Source: Magnetococcales bacterium
GTDB taxonomy: Bacteria; Pseudomonadota; Magnetococcia; Magnetococcales; JADGCH01
Assembly: GCA_015229115.1 (NCBI GenBank)
Contig: JADGCH010000007.1
Coordinates: forward strand, 3,315-67,314
Direction: 5' to 3'
DNA: 64,000 nucleotides
The notes beneath the pieces are model-generated. The model was not told the DNA's origin. It was given only the letters and a program-made list of their open reading frames with translations, and searched no databases. A program made the position numbers and the translations under genes. This document shows, piece by piece, positions 16,965 to 26,386 of the stretch (position 1 is the first letter of the stretch; each line of letters begins with the position of its first letter).

Positions 16965-19900
16965 TTATCCTACCAGCGCTGCCCACTGATCACTGGGTAG
17001 ATTCACTCTCATCCCACTGGCTACACCGCTATCGGCCATGACCTGGCTACCGTAATCCTGGAGCATACGCGCCAGATTAGCCGTCTTCTTGACACTCAAA
17101 GCTGCGGAAGCCTTGCTGACATTACCGGCCAGATCGCTCTGGATGGCTTTGATGTTGGGATAGGAACCAGAATTCAGTGACACGCCAACACTCCAGCTAC
17201 CCGTAGCGGCTTCGACCATTACTTGACCCAGACTTTCGCCACTGTCAACGGTGCCATTTTTGTTGGCGTCGTTGAAGACGGTCACGGTCGCCCCCTTCTC
17301 ACCCTTACCGGTCACGGTGCTATCGGTACTGTTGAACTTCAAACTTGAAGGGGCGGCTGGTGCAACGGCATCGACACTGATGGCCAAAGCTGCGGAAGCT
17401 GGACTGGCGTTACCGGCCAGATCAGCCTGACTGGCTGTGATGCTATGACTGCCATTACCGACCTTGGCAAGTGTCACGCTCCATCTGCCATCCGCACCAA
17501 CCAGACCGGTCCCCAGGCTCTTGCCCCCTTCCAACAGGGTCACGCTGGCTTTTGCCTCACCGCTGCCGGTAATGACCAAGCCGCTGGTCTTTTTGGTGAT
17601 GCCGTTGCCAGCAAGGGCATCAACAGTCGGAGCCGTCGGCTTTTCGTCATCGATCACGATCGTGAATGGGGTCGAAGGTTCGCTTTCAACACCACCCGCA
17701 CTATTGATCTGGGTGGCCGTGATGCTGTGCTCACCGGCCTCTAGGTTGGGCAAATCAACCTTCCAGGCTCCCTTCGATACGGTCGTCGTAGCAATTGGCC
17801 CGTCATAATCGTAGATCAGCACTTTGAGCCCGCCCGGAGCGGTACCAGTCAGGGTGAGGCCGGAAGTCTTGCTGGTGATGGCATCGCTCTTCGAAATACC
17901 GGTATCATCTGCGGTGTCCAGTTTGAGTCCACCCGGAGTTGCAACAACGATATTCACTGCGGCTGAAACCTTGCTAGCGCTACCAGCCAGATTGGTCTGA
18001 ATGGCCTTGACGGCATGGGTACCGCCAGAAAGACTGAAATCGACCGACCATTCCTGTCCATCAACAACCGTGTTGGCTGAAGGTTCACCGGCATCCAGCT
18101 TGCCGTTGTTATTGACATCACCGAAAACCACCACCGCTGCTCCATGGATCCCGGTTCCGGTGACCTGCAAATGGCTTCCACTGGTCAGTGTCTGACTGGC
18201 CGCACCATTACCATTGATCTTCAAGGCCGCCGGAGCTGCCGGTACCGAAGTATCCACCGAGATCACCAGCGGCTCCGAATCACCGCTGCTCTCACCACCG
18301 GCGAGCTGACGTGCGGTCAGACTATGAGACCCTGCCGTCAGGCTGGCGATTGTGGCTTTCCACTTACCGTTGTTATCGGCCGTTGCCATGCTGCCGACGG
18401 GCTTGCCACCTTCAAACAAGGTGATCTTGCCACCTGGGCTGGCCGTACCAGTCACGGTCAATGCCTTGGATTTGCTGGTGATGTTGTCTCCAGCCACTCC
18501 GGTATCATCAGCTGCCAGCAGCGCCAGACCGGTTGGAACCGACGTCACCTGCTTAACCGACAACTTATAACCGCCCGTACCGTAGCCCTTGGCCGAAACG
18601 GTATAGGTGCCATCGGCGGTGGGCGTATAGAAGAAGCGTGCGTTCGCACCTGTACCACCGTCATCCGAGGCAGCAACAACCTCATCATTGCCTCTCGTGA
18701 TCTGTAAATAGGGATCCAGTTGTGCGGCAGCCGCGCTCTCCAGATCAAATCGATAGGTCTTATTGGCTGTCAGAGTGACGGTAAACCAATCTTCGTCGCC
18801 GGCTTTCTCAAGGCTACCACTGACCGATCCGTTCACCAACGCCCGTCCCGTGGTATTGCTGTTGGACAGGTAGTCGTCCTCAACGGCCAAAGAGGCGGAC
18901 AGACGGTAACTGCCCGTGCCATAGCCACTGGCAGCGATAAAATAGGTACCGTCCTCAGTGGCGGTATAGGTCAGTTGCGGATTGAGATCGGTGCCACCGT
19001 CATCGTCGGCGTCAATCTCCTCTCCATCGGCATCCAGCAATTGCAGATAAGGATCTTCCAGAGAGCCTTGTCCGGTCGATTCGCCCTCCAGGTCGAAGAC
19101 ATAGCTCATGCCAGCCGTAAGGTTGATGGCCAACCAGTCCTCATCTCCATCCGATTCGAGCTTACCGTTGACCACCTGATCGAGTGATAACTGATCCGTG
19201 CTCGTCGCATCATCCGCATAATCATCGGTCTGGTGGGTACGATTGACCATGGATACCAGATAGCTTCCTGTTTCATCACCATGGACGGACAGATAATAAG
19301 TGCCGCTGCTGGCTGCTGTGTAAACCAGGGTGGCACCAGGATCACTAGCCCAGGTATGGGCGGTACTCACTTCCTTACCGGTACCATTCATCAGGGACAG
19401 CTCCAGCCAACCCTCATAGTCATCGGGACTCACCTCAAAGCCGTAGCTGACTCCCTCAACGAGGGTCACGGCAAACCAGTCGGCATCGGCTGTGGTTTCG
19501 ATGTGACCCAGTACGGCATCGACACCCTCAACCAATTGACCCGTGGTGCCAGCATCGCCAGCGTAGTCATCGTCTATAGGTTCTGCTTTGGCCATCGACA
19601 AACGGTAACTGCCGGTGTTGTACTCACCATCCTCGCTGTCGGTGAATCCCAAAGCCACCAGATAACACAGGCCACTGCTGGTTGCGGTGTAGAGGATCCG
19701 CGCATTGCCGTTGGTATCGCTGACATCGGCGTTATAGGCCAGCTCCTCGCCATCTTCATCCAGCAGGACCAAGTAAGGATCGGCCAGGTTGCCCTGTGAG
19801 GTGGCCGACCCTTCCAGATCAAAGGCATAGGTCTCCCCATCGACGAGGGTAACGGTAAACCAGTCTTCATCCTCCATGGTCTCAATGTTACCGGTGACAG

Positions 19901-22900
19901 ATTCACCCACCGCCAGCTGACCCGTGCTACCCGGATCATCGTCATAATCATCGTCGTGCGAACCGGCTGTTGCCATGGTTGCTGACAAACGATAGCTGCC
20001 GGATGCCCCGACAAAACCCGATCCACTGACAGCCAAGGCATAATCACCATCTTCGGATGGGGTGAAGACGATGCGTGCGTTGGTACCGGTACTGCCATCA
20101 TCGTCCTCCGCTACCACTTCATCATCGGCACCCATCAACTCCAGATGAGGATCGGACAGCGTCCCCTGCCCGGTCGATTCCCCTTCCGCATCGAAGGTAT
20201 AGGTCATGCCAGCCGTCAGAGTCATGGTAAACCAGTCGCTATCCTGTGGCGTCTCAAGATTGCCCTTGACAGGGCTGCCCACGGCCAGACGGCCTGTCGT
20301 GGTGACGTCACTGACATAATCATCAATGCGCGTGGCATCGACCGCTGCTGACAGACGATATTGACCCGTTCCAGCCCCCATGGCGGCCAGAAAATAGGTG
20401 CCGCTTTTATCGGGTGTGTAGATGATCTGGGCGTTCGGGCTGGTAGCAACGTCATCGTTCGCTATCAACACCGTGGTGCCATCACGATCCATGAGCTGCA
20501 GGAACGGATCAGCCAGCGAGCCCGCTGCAGGCGTTGCTGCATCCAGGTTGAACAGGTAAGCCTTACCTGCCGTCAGCTTGATGGCAAACCAGTCCTCGTC
20601 CGATAGCGCTTCAATTTTGCCGGTGACAGACTTTCCGACCTCCAATTGTCCCTTGGCGCTGTCTGGATAATCGTCGGGACGGGCAACTGAGGATTGTTCT
20701 GCTGACAACCAGTAACCACCGGTCTCATCGCCCTGGACGGACAGGTAATAAGTACCGGCGCTCTGCGCCTTGTATTGAATCGTTGCAACAGGATCATCGT
20801 ATCCGGTACGAACATCGCCGGCACTGACCTTGTTCCCTGAACTATCCTTCACGGCAAAATGGAGCCGACCTTCGTAGTCGGACAAGCTGACGTCGAAACG
20901 ATAGTCCGTATTGGCGGCCAGTGTAACCGCAAACCAGTCTTCATCTCCTGGCTTCTCAATGTTACCGGACAGCGCCGCGCCGCCTATCGTCAACCGACCA
21001 GTCGTGCCACTGTTGCTCGAGCGGTCATCGTTGGGTGTCAGTGTTGCAGACAGATTATAGCCCCCTGTTTTCTGCTCCGCTGATCCCGGAGCAGCGACGC
21101 TGCTTCTGTTACCAGCACTTTGTACCAACAAAACATAATTACCGTTGCTAACAGCCGTGTAGACGATACGCGAACTAGGGCTGGAACTACGGGCATCATC
21201 CATCGCCACGATCGCCCCACTCGGATCAAGCAATTGCAGCACCGGCTTGGTCAAAGTACCATGGGCGGTAGGCTTGCCTGCCAGATCAAAGGTATAAGAG
21301 ACCCCAGCGTTCAGGGTCACCACAAACCGGTCGCTGTCCCCTGGCGTCTCGATGTTGGCTGTTATGGGCCTACCAACCGTTACCGAGCCCGTGCCACCGG
21401 CCTGATCATCCTTTACGGTCGCAGCAAGCCGATAGCTACCCGTGCCATGGCCACGTGCCGACAAAAAGAAATTGCCGCTGATGGTGGGCTTGTAGCTGAT
21501 GCGTGCATTGAGGCCGGTACCACCGTCTTCGTTAGAGATGATGACAGCGCCGCCACTGGGATCCAGCAATCGCAGTGAGGGATCAGCCAACGTTCCCTGT
21601 TGGGTGCTCGCCCCTTCCAAGTCAAAGACATAGTCCACACCAGCCATCAAGGGGACGACAAACCAGTCCTCATCGGTGACTATGCCAATGTTGCCAGTCG
21701 CAGGCTGCCCCACAGATAGCCTGCCGACGGTGCTGCTGTCAGCCGCATAATCATCCACTTGGGTGGTATCCCTTTTGCTCGACGCGGACAGGTTATAGCG
21801 GCCTGTGCCACCGTCGATGCTACCGGTAGTGAGATAATAGGTACCGTCGGTGGGGGCGGTATAGACAATACTCCAGATCCAGGATGCGTTACCCTGATGC
21901 TGATTGATATAGAAAGGCATGTTACCGTCGTAGCGTTCGATCTGCTTTCCATCGCTGTCTCTCAACAGCAGGCCAGGAAGCCATTTAGCCTGACCCTGTG
22001 ACGCCGGTCGACCTTCCAGGTCGAACTGATAGGTTTTTCCGGCCGCCAACGTGATGGCAAACCAGTCGGTATCCTCACCTGTTTCGGTGATACCTGTGGT
22101 GGAACCTCCCATCGATAACCGCCCGGTGGTGGTTTTATCACCGGCATAATCATCGGTCTGTGTGGTAGTGACCGCCAAACGATAGCTACCTGTGACCTTA
22201 CCGGTCCCAGTGGCAGCCAGGTAGTACAGGCCGCTGCTGGTGGGCGTGTAGACAACACGTGCATTGGCACCCATGCCATTGTCATCGTTAAACGCAGCAA
22301 CAGCGCCATTCTGATCGAGCAAACGCAGATAAGGATCGGCCAGGGTACCCTGAGACGTTGCGGCCCCTTCCAGATCGAAGGTATAGGTCACCCCAGCCGT
22401 CAGGTTGATGGCAAACCAGTCAGCATCGTCCACGGTGTTGATGTCACCATTCTTCCTGTATTGCTGGGGAGAAAACCGACCGGCGGTGTTGGCGTCACCG
22501 GTATAATCGTCGGTTGGTGTTCTGGTCGCGACTGCTGCCGACAGACGATAACTGCCTGTGCGGGCGTCATAGTCCCGGGCGGCGAGAAAATAGGTGCCAT
22601 CCGTGGTGGGTGTGAAGCTGATGCCGGCGTTGCGGTTAACATTCCTGTCACGATCGTCATTTTTGCTAATCTCGGCGCCGCTCGCGTCCAGCAAGCGCAG
22701 GAAAGGATCCGCTAACGTACCCTGTGCCGTTGCTGCCCCTTCCAGATCGAAGTTATAGGTCACTCCGGCTGTCAGCGTGACCGCAAACCAGTCCTCATCC
22801 TTGGCCAGCTCGACGTTACCGGTGATGGATCCACCGACCGCCAACCGGCCGGTGCTGGCCATGTCAGCGGCATAATCATCCTTGACGGCTGCCGACAGGC

Positions 22901-25900
22901 GGTAGCTACCGGCATGAAAGGCTTTGCTAGCAGCGGTATAGCCCCAAGCTGCCAGGTAGTAGGTCCCATCAACGGTCGGCGTGTAGCTGATTCGGTCATT
23001 ATTGTTGGAACCGCTCACGACATCCGCACCCGTGCTGACCGTGGTAGCACCTGTGCTATCCATCAGCTGCAGATAAGGATCGGACAGGCTGCCTTTGGCG
23101 GTAGCAGACCCTTCCAGATCAAAGGTATAGGCCACACCGGCCGCCAGAGTGATGGCAAAATAATCGGCATCGCCCCAGCTATCGGCGGCAGCGTCGATGT
23201 TACCGGTGACGGAGTCACCCACCGTCAGCTTGCCGGTGGTACTGGTGCTGGCCAGATAATCATCGGCCACAACCGACAGGCGATAGCTACCGGTGCCATC
23301 ACCGACCCCTTTTGCTTCCACAAAGTAGCTGCTGCTGTCAGCCAAGTAAGCGATCCGTGCACTCGTGCCAACACCAGTCGCAACTGATGAACCACCTGCA
23401 TTCAGCAGCTGCATGGAAGGACTGGCCAAGGTACCCTGTGAGGTGGCCGATCCCTCCAGGCTGAAGAAGTAGTTGACGCCGCTCGTTAACGAGACTGCGA
23501 ACCAGTCGGCATCGGCTGCTGTCTCAATTTGGCCCGTGGCCGGATTGCTGGTCGACAATACCCCTGTGGTACTGCTGTTGTCGGCATAATCGTCGGTTGA
23601 CGTGGTCGTCGTGGCCGTGGCCGACAGACTGTAACTGCCTGTGCTGCGCGTTTGGTTGGCAACGGTATAGCCCCACGCTGCCAGGTAATAGGTGCCAGCA
23701 ATGGTGGGCGTGTAGCTGATGGCCGCATTGTTGTTCGAGCTGCTGACATCGGCGTTGTAGGTGATGACGGTACCGCTACTGTCCACCAACTGCACATAGG
23801 GATCGGTCAAGGTACCCTTACTGGTCGCCACGCCCTCCAGGCTAAAATTATAGGTCGTGTTGGCCTGCAACGAGACAGCAAACCAGTCGACATCGGCCGA
23901 GGTCTCAATGTTGCCGCTGACCGAACCACCCACCGTCAGCTGACCCTTGGTGCTGATGGTGGCGGCATAGTCATCTGCCACCGCTGACAAACGGTAGCCA
24001 CCAACATTGAAGGCCTTACTGGACGGGGTATAACCCCAGGCCGCCAGATAGTAGGTGCCACTACTGGTCGGAGTGTAGAAAACTCTGGCGTTGCTGTTCG
24101 AGCTGCTGATATCGGCCTGAGTGGTGACGTTGGTGGCCACAACGGCGCCGTTGCCGTCTCTCAGATCGAGGAAAGGATCGGACAGCTTGCCCTGGGTGGC
24201 GGTAGCGAAGCCCTCCAAATCAAAGGTATAAGCCACATCGGCCGTTAACGAGACCGCAAAATAGTCTGCATCGCCCCAGCTGTCTGCGGCAGCGTCGATA
24301 TTACCGGTAGCAGAACCACCCACCGTCAAGCTGCCCGCCGTGCTGGTCGTGGCCAGATAATCATCGGCCAGCACCGACAAGCGATAGGTTCCCGTACCAG
24401 TCGCAACCCCCTTGGCCGAAACCAGATAGTTGCCATCCTGACTGACAAGGTACTGGATTTGTGCGTTCAAACCTGTGCCATTGTCATCATCAGAGACAAT
24501 CTGGGCACCATTCGCTCCCAACAGCTGCAGGAAAGGATTGGCCAAGGTGCCCTGCGAAGTAGCCGATCCCTCCAGGCTGAAGAAATAGTTCTTGCCACCC
24601 GTCAAGGTGACGCCAAACCAGTCAGCATCGGCAGCCACCTCGATGTTGCCGGTGGTGGGTGCGTCAACCGTCACCTTGCCGGTGGTGCTGGTAGTGCCGG
24701 CGTAGTCATCCGTGACCTCAACCGTTGTCGTCGTTACTACAGTCTTGTCGGTAAACCGGAGCTGTTCAACGGCTGTGATACGATCGACACCGTCACGGTC
24801 AGCAGTGGTATCGGTAACGGTTACACTACCATCTTCCAGTCTGACGATGGTGTATTGACTGCTGCTACCTGAAAAAACGACGGCATCGTTACCGGCACCA
24901 CCGTTGATGGTATCGTTACCCAGACCACCGGTCAGGAGGTTATCGAGACCATTACCGATGATGGTGTCGTTACCCTTGCCAGCCACGGCATTCTCAATAT
25001 CGCATCCGTAGGCGATCGAGATGTTGTTGTTGACATGAACCTGGGCACCATCGCTGGAACGGGTGTAGTAATAGCCGGTATCGAGAGCACAGGCGCTGGA
25101 AAAAGAGCCTTGATTCAGGTTGATGACTTCATCCTGGCTGTAGCCCGACAAGTTCAGTGTATCGATGCCACCCCCATCCCAAATACAGACCACGCGCTGG
25201 GTCATGTCCGAGAAATTGAATTCTTCCGCGATGCCTGCCGTGGCTCCAAAGCCATAGACGGTATCACCGCTGCGTGTCGTCTTGTTGGCACCATAAACGG
25301 CCTGTATCGCGACAATATCGAACAGCAGCGGCGTACGGGCAAAATTGCTGCCGTGGAAGGTTTTGTTGGCACCCTCGGCATCATCCCCGGCATTCCAGTA
25401 CGACATCAGCGAATATTGTCGGGTATCGTTGGTAAAGATCGCATCGCCCTTGTAGGTGGCACCGCTACCATTGTATCGACCGGGATGGCCCAGACCGATC
25501 GAGTGACCCAGCTCGTGGATGGCGCACATGTTCTCGTAAGAACCCAGGGTGGCCAGTTTGGTGAAGTCGTAGGCGGTGGTGTTGTATTCGATAAAATTGG
25601 AGGTGATGACTCCATCCGACACGGTCGAACCAGACCAGGCATAAGGCGGCTCGGCATTTCTTCTGAATTTCATCTGGGCGACACTGGCATTGGTGGCCAT
25701 CTCGAACTGGATGTTACAGACATCCGACCAAGTCCTTAAAGCCGTTCTCTTGGCATTGATATGATCACTGCTCCAATCGCCCTCAACGGCCCAAGTCACC
25801 GTTGGCGTGCCGCTGCCCGCCGTGCCCCAGCGCCGACCCGTAGCATCCCCCCCGGCTGTCCAATAGCCGGTATTGAGGTAATCAGCAAAAATGGCTGCGG

Positions 25901-26054
25901 TAGCCGTAATCTTGGATTTCGCCACAACATTGGCACTGTTTCCACCGGTACCTGGACCAGCAGCATCCGGCTGCTGACCACCAGGCACATCGGACAGGCT
26001 AAGCGTGTTAGATTGAAGTTGGCCTGTAGTCATCGTGTTCTCCATGCTGATCAC
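16965..26054 (-). CDS. giant secreted serralysin-like (M10B) zinc metalloprotease with RTX motifs, 17 PPC-like modules and 5 Ig-like modules (3029 aa)
   Basis: The zinc motif HELGHSIGLGH is encoded at nt 25485-25517, and the Met-turn SLMSYW follows it. About four nonapeptides (GKGNDTIIG NGLDNLLTG GLGNDTING GAGNDAVVF) lie at nt ~24876-24983, followed by the repeat arrays listed below. The likely start is ATG 26033, which has GGAG 6 nt upstream. GTG 26054 and ATG 26045 are also in frame. Confidence 0.9.
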   Translation of the reverse strand: MISMENTMTTGQLQSNTLSLSDVPGGQQPDAAGPGTGGNSANVVAKSKITATAAIFADYLNTGYWTAGGDATGRRWGTAGSGTPTVTWAVEGDWSSDHINAKRTALRTWSDVCNIQFEMATNASVAQMKFRRNAEPPYAWSGSTVSDGVITSNFIEYNTTAYDFTKLATLGSYENMCAIHELGHSIGLGHPGRYNGSGATYKGDAIFTNDTRQYSLMSYWNAGDDAEGANKTFHGSNFARTPLLFDIVAIQAVYGANKTTRSGDTVYGFGATAGIAEEFNFSDMTQRVVCIWDGGGIDTLNLSGYSQDEVINLNQGSFSSACALDTGYYYTRSSDGAQVHVNNNISIAYGCDIENAVAGKGNDTIIGNGLDNLLTGGLGNDTINGGAGNDAVVFSGSSSQYTIVRLEDGSVTVTDTTADRDGVDRITAVEQLRFTDKTVVTTTTVEVTDDYAGTTSTTGKVTVDAPTTGNIEVAADADWFGVTLTGGKNYFFSLEGSATSQGTLANPFLQLLGANGAQIVSDDDNGTGLNAQIQYLVSQDGNYLVSAKGVATGTGTYRLSVLADDYLATTSTAGSLTVGGSATGNIDAAADSWGDADYFAVSLTADVAYTFDLEGFATATQGKLSDPFLDLRDGNGAVVATNVTTQADISSSNSNARVFYTPTSSGTYYLAAWGYTPSSKAFNVGGYRLSAVADDYAATISTKGQLTVGGSVSGNIETSADVDWFAVSLQANTTYNFSLEGVATSKGTLTDPYVQLVDSSGTVITYNADVSSSNNNAAISYTPTIAGTYYLAAWGYTVANQTRSTGSYSLSATATTTTSTDDYADNSSTTGVLSTSNPATGQIETAADADWFAVSLTSGVNYFFSLEGSATSQGTLASPSMQLLNAGGSSVATGVGTSARIAYLADSSSYFVEAKGVGDGTGSYRLSVVADDYLASTSTTGKLTVGDSVTGNIDAAADSWGDADYFAITLAAGVAYTFDLEGSATAKGSLSDPYLQLMDSTGATTVSTGADVVSGSNNNDRISYTPTVDGTYYLAAWGYTAASKAFHAGSYRLSAAVKDDYAADMASTGRLAVGGSITGNVELAKDEDWFAVTLTAGVTYNFDLEGAATAQGTLADPFLRLLDASGAEISKNDDRDRNVNRNAGISFTPTTDGTYFLAARDYDARTGSYRLSAAVATRTPTDDYTGDANTAGRFSPQQYRKNGDINTVDDADWFAINLTAGVTYTFDLEGAATSQGTLADPYLRLLDQNGAVAAFNDDNGMGANARVVYTPTSSGLYYLAATGTGKVTGSYRLAVTTTQTDDYAGDKTTTGRLSMGGSTTGITETGEDTDWFAITLAAGKTYQFDLEGRPASQGQAKWLPGLLLRDSDGKQIERYDGNMPFYINQHQGNASWIWSIVYTAPTDGTYYLTTGSIDGGTGRYNLSASSKRDTTQVDDYAADSSTVGRLSVGQPATGNIGIVTDEDWFVVPLMAGVDYVFDLEGASTQQGTLADPSLRLLDPSGGAVIISNEDGGTGLNARISYKPTISGNFFLSARGHGTGSYRLAATVKDDQAGGTGSVTVGRPITANIETPGDSDRFVVTLNAGVSYTFDLAGKPTAHGTLTKPVLQLLDPSGAIVAMDDARSSSPSSRIVYTAVSNGNYVLLVQSAGNRSSVAAPGSAEQKTGGYNLSATLTPNDDRSSNSGTTGRLTIGGAALSGNIEKPGDEDWFAVTLAANTDYRFDVSLSDYEGRLHFAVKDSSGNKVSAGDVRTGYDDPVATIQYKAQSAGTYYLSVQGDETGGYWLSAEQSSVARPDDYPDSAKGQLEVGKSVTGKIEALSDEDWFAIKLTAGKAYLFNLDAATPAAGSLADPFLQLMDRDGTTVLIANDDVATSPNAQIIYTPDKSGTYFLAAMGAGTGQYRLSAAVDATRIDDYVSDVTTTGRLAVGSPVKGNLETPQDSDWFTMTLTAGMTYTFDAEGESTGQGTLSDPHLELMGADDEVVAEDDDGSTGTNARIVFTPSEDGDYALAVSGSGFVGASGSYRLSATMATAGSHDDDYDDDPGSTGQLAVGESVTGNIETMEDEDWFTVTLVDGETYAFDLEGSATSQGNLADPYLVLLDEDGEELAYNADVSDTNGNARILYTATSSGLCYLVALGFTDSEDGEYNTGSYRLSMAKAEPIDDDYAGDAGTTGQLVEGVDAVLGHIETTADADWFAVTLVEGVSYGFEVSPDDYEGWLELSLMNGTGKEVSTAHTWASDPGATLVYTAASSGTYYLSVHGDETGSYLVSMVNRTHQTDDYADDATSTDQLSLDQVVNGKLESDGDEDWLAINLTAGMSYVFDLEGESTGQGSLEDPYLQLLDADGEEIDADDDGGTDLNPQLTYTATEDGTYFIAASGYGTGSYRLSASLAVEDDYLSNSNTTGRALVNGSVSGSLEKAGDEDWFTVTLTANKTYRFDLESAAAAQLDPYLQITRGNDEVVAASDDGGTGANARFFYTPTADGTYTVSAKGYGTGGYKLSVKQVTSVPTGLALLAADDTGVAGDNITSKSKALTVTGTASPGGKITLFEGGKPVGSMATADNNGKWKATIASLTAGSHSLTARQLAGGESSGDSEPLVISVDTSVPAAPAALKINGNGAASQTLTSGSHLQVTGTGIHGAAVVVFGDVNNNGKLDAGEPSANTVVDGQEWSVDFSLSGGTHAVKAIQTNLAGSASKVSAAVNIVVATPGGLKLDTADDTGISKSDAITSKTSGLTLTGTAPGGLKVLIYDYDGPIATTTVSKGAWKVDLPNLEAGEHSITATQINSAGGVESEPSTPFTIVIDDEKPTAPTVDALAGNGITKKTSGLVITGSGEAKASVTLLEGGKSLGTGLVGADGRWSVTLAKVGNGSHSITASQADLAGNASPASAALAISVDAVAPAAPSSLKFNSTDSTVTGKGEKGATVTVFNDANKNGTVDSGESLGQVMVEAATGSWSVGVSLNSGSYPNIKAIQSDLAGNVSKASAALSVKKTANLARMLQDYGSQVMADSGVASGMRVNLPSDQWAALVG
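17085..18554 (-). repeat. 5 tandem Ig-like modules of about 95-100 aa each
   Basis: The modules follow the pattern D(T/D)G.S..D.ITS...L.(V/L)TGT...G..V.(L/I)......G...V...G.W.V.L..L..G.HS(I/L)TA.Q...AG..S..S....I.VD...P, over about aa 2501-2990. A roughly 40-aa non-repetitive tail follows. Confidence 0.7.
18555..24710 (-). repeat. 17 tandem coding repeats of about 120 aa each (pre-peptidase C-terminal / PPC-like modules)
   Basis: Each module runs DDYA..T.G.L.VG....G.IE...D.DWFAV.L.AG..Y.F.LEG..T.QGTL.DP.L.LLD..G......D......NA.I.YTP...GTYYL.A.G....GSYRLS. I counted 17 terminal G.Y.LS motifs, spanning about aa 449-2500. Confidence 0.85.
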
Positions 26055-26146
26055 CCTTCATTCGAGTAGTGTATTCCAAGCCCAATCGATCAATATCTTG
26101 ACTGATATAAATCGGATGTTGATCTTTGTCGTTATGCTCGTCTATC

Positions 26147-26160
26147 TTCGACCGGTCGAA
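26147..26160. promoter_or_regulatory. perfect 14-bp palindrome TTCGACCGGTCGAA in the 5' region of the giant protease gene
   Basis: Read directly from the sequence. On the minus strand it immediately follows a candidate extended -10 (TGTTAGAAT, + strand 26160-26168). The best -35 (TTGACT, 26185-26190) sits at a poor 19-nt spacing. Confidence 0.3.
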
Positions 26161-26257
26161 TTCTAACATAAATGCAACCATAAAAGTCAACCCGTGATCA
26201 ATCCAGAAGTTTGGCAGGACCCATCGGACAAAAACGCTGGCAGTCAAAAAATTAGGC

Positions 26258-26286
26258 TTGACGCTACGACCAGGACTCCATACAAT
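26258..26286 (+). promoter_or_regulatory. near-consensus sigma-70 promoter for tRNA-Val
   Basis: TTGACG (26258-26263), an exactly 17-nt spacer, then TACAAT (26281-26286). The tRNA 5' end lies 20 nt downstream. Confidence 0.6.
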
Positions 26287-26305
26287 GTGGCGCCAAGTGG
26301 GCGAT

Positions 26306-26380
<75 letters not shown>

Positions 26381-26386
26381 TTGGCC

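Noticed and set aside
16951-16971. Short hairpin AGGAT-N8-ATCCT between the convergent GGDEF and giant protease genes as a bidirectional terminator
   Set aside because: The stem has only 5 Watson-Crick pairs, there is no U tract, and it overlaps the giant gene's stop codon. It is too weak to call.
18555-24710. Regular periodicity of about 360 nt that could be mistaken for a CRISPR-like or satellite array
   Set aside because: The period is far too long and the units are only about 80 percent identical. There are no short conserved repeats separated by unique spacers, and the whole region is one open reading frame. It is a coding tandem repeat.
17445-25739. Many + strand ORFs of 60-234 aa inside the giant gene region (for example 18144-18707, 19233-19799, 25035-25739), plus nested out-of-frame minus-strand ORFs
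   Set aside because: All are antisense or out of frame relative to a 9.1-kb ORF with clear domain content. Their translations are low-complexity, Gly/Arg/Ile-rich mirror images of the repeats, and none has a start context. They are artefacts of repetitive, GC-biased coding DNA.
25950-25975. DAAG motif near the N-terminus of the giant protein as a possible LapG-type (T/P-A-A-G) cleavage site, given the neighbouring c-di-GMP genes
   Set aside because: The motif lies about 30 residues from the start, with no room for a LapA-like N-terminal retention module. The first residue is Asp, and no LapG or LapD-like genes are present. This is a chance tetrapeptide.
26381-26383. TTG at 26381 (ORF-track start of pseB)
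   Set aside because: It abuts the encoded CCA end of the tRNA (26380) and has no ribosome-binding site. A later start is more plausible, although none is convincing.
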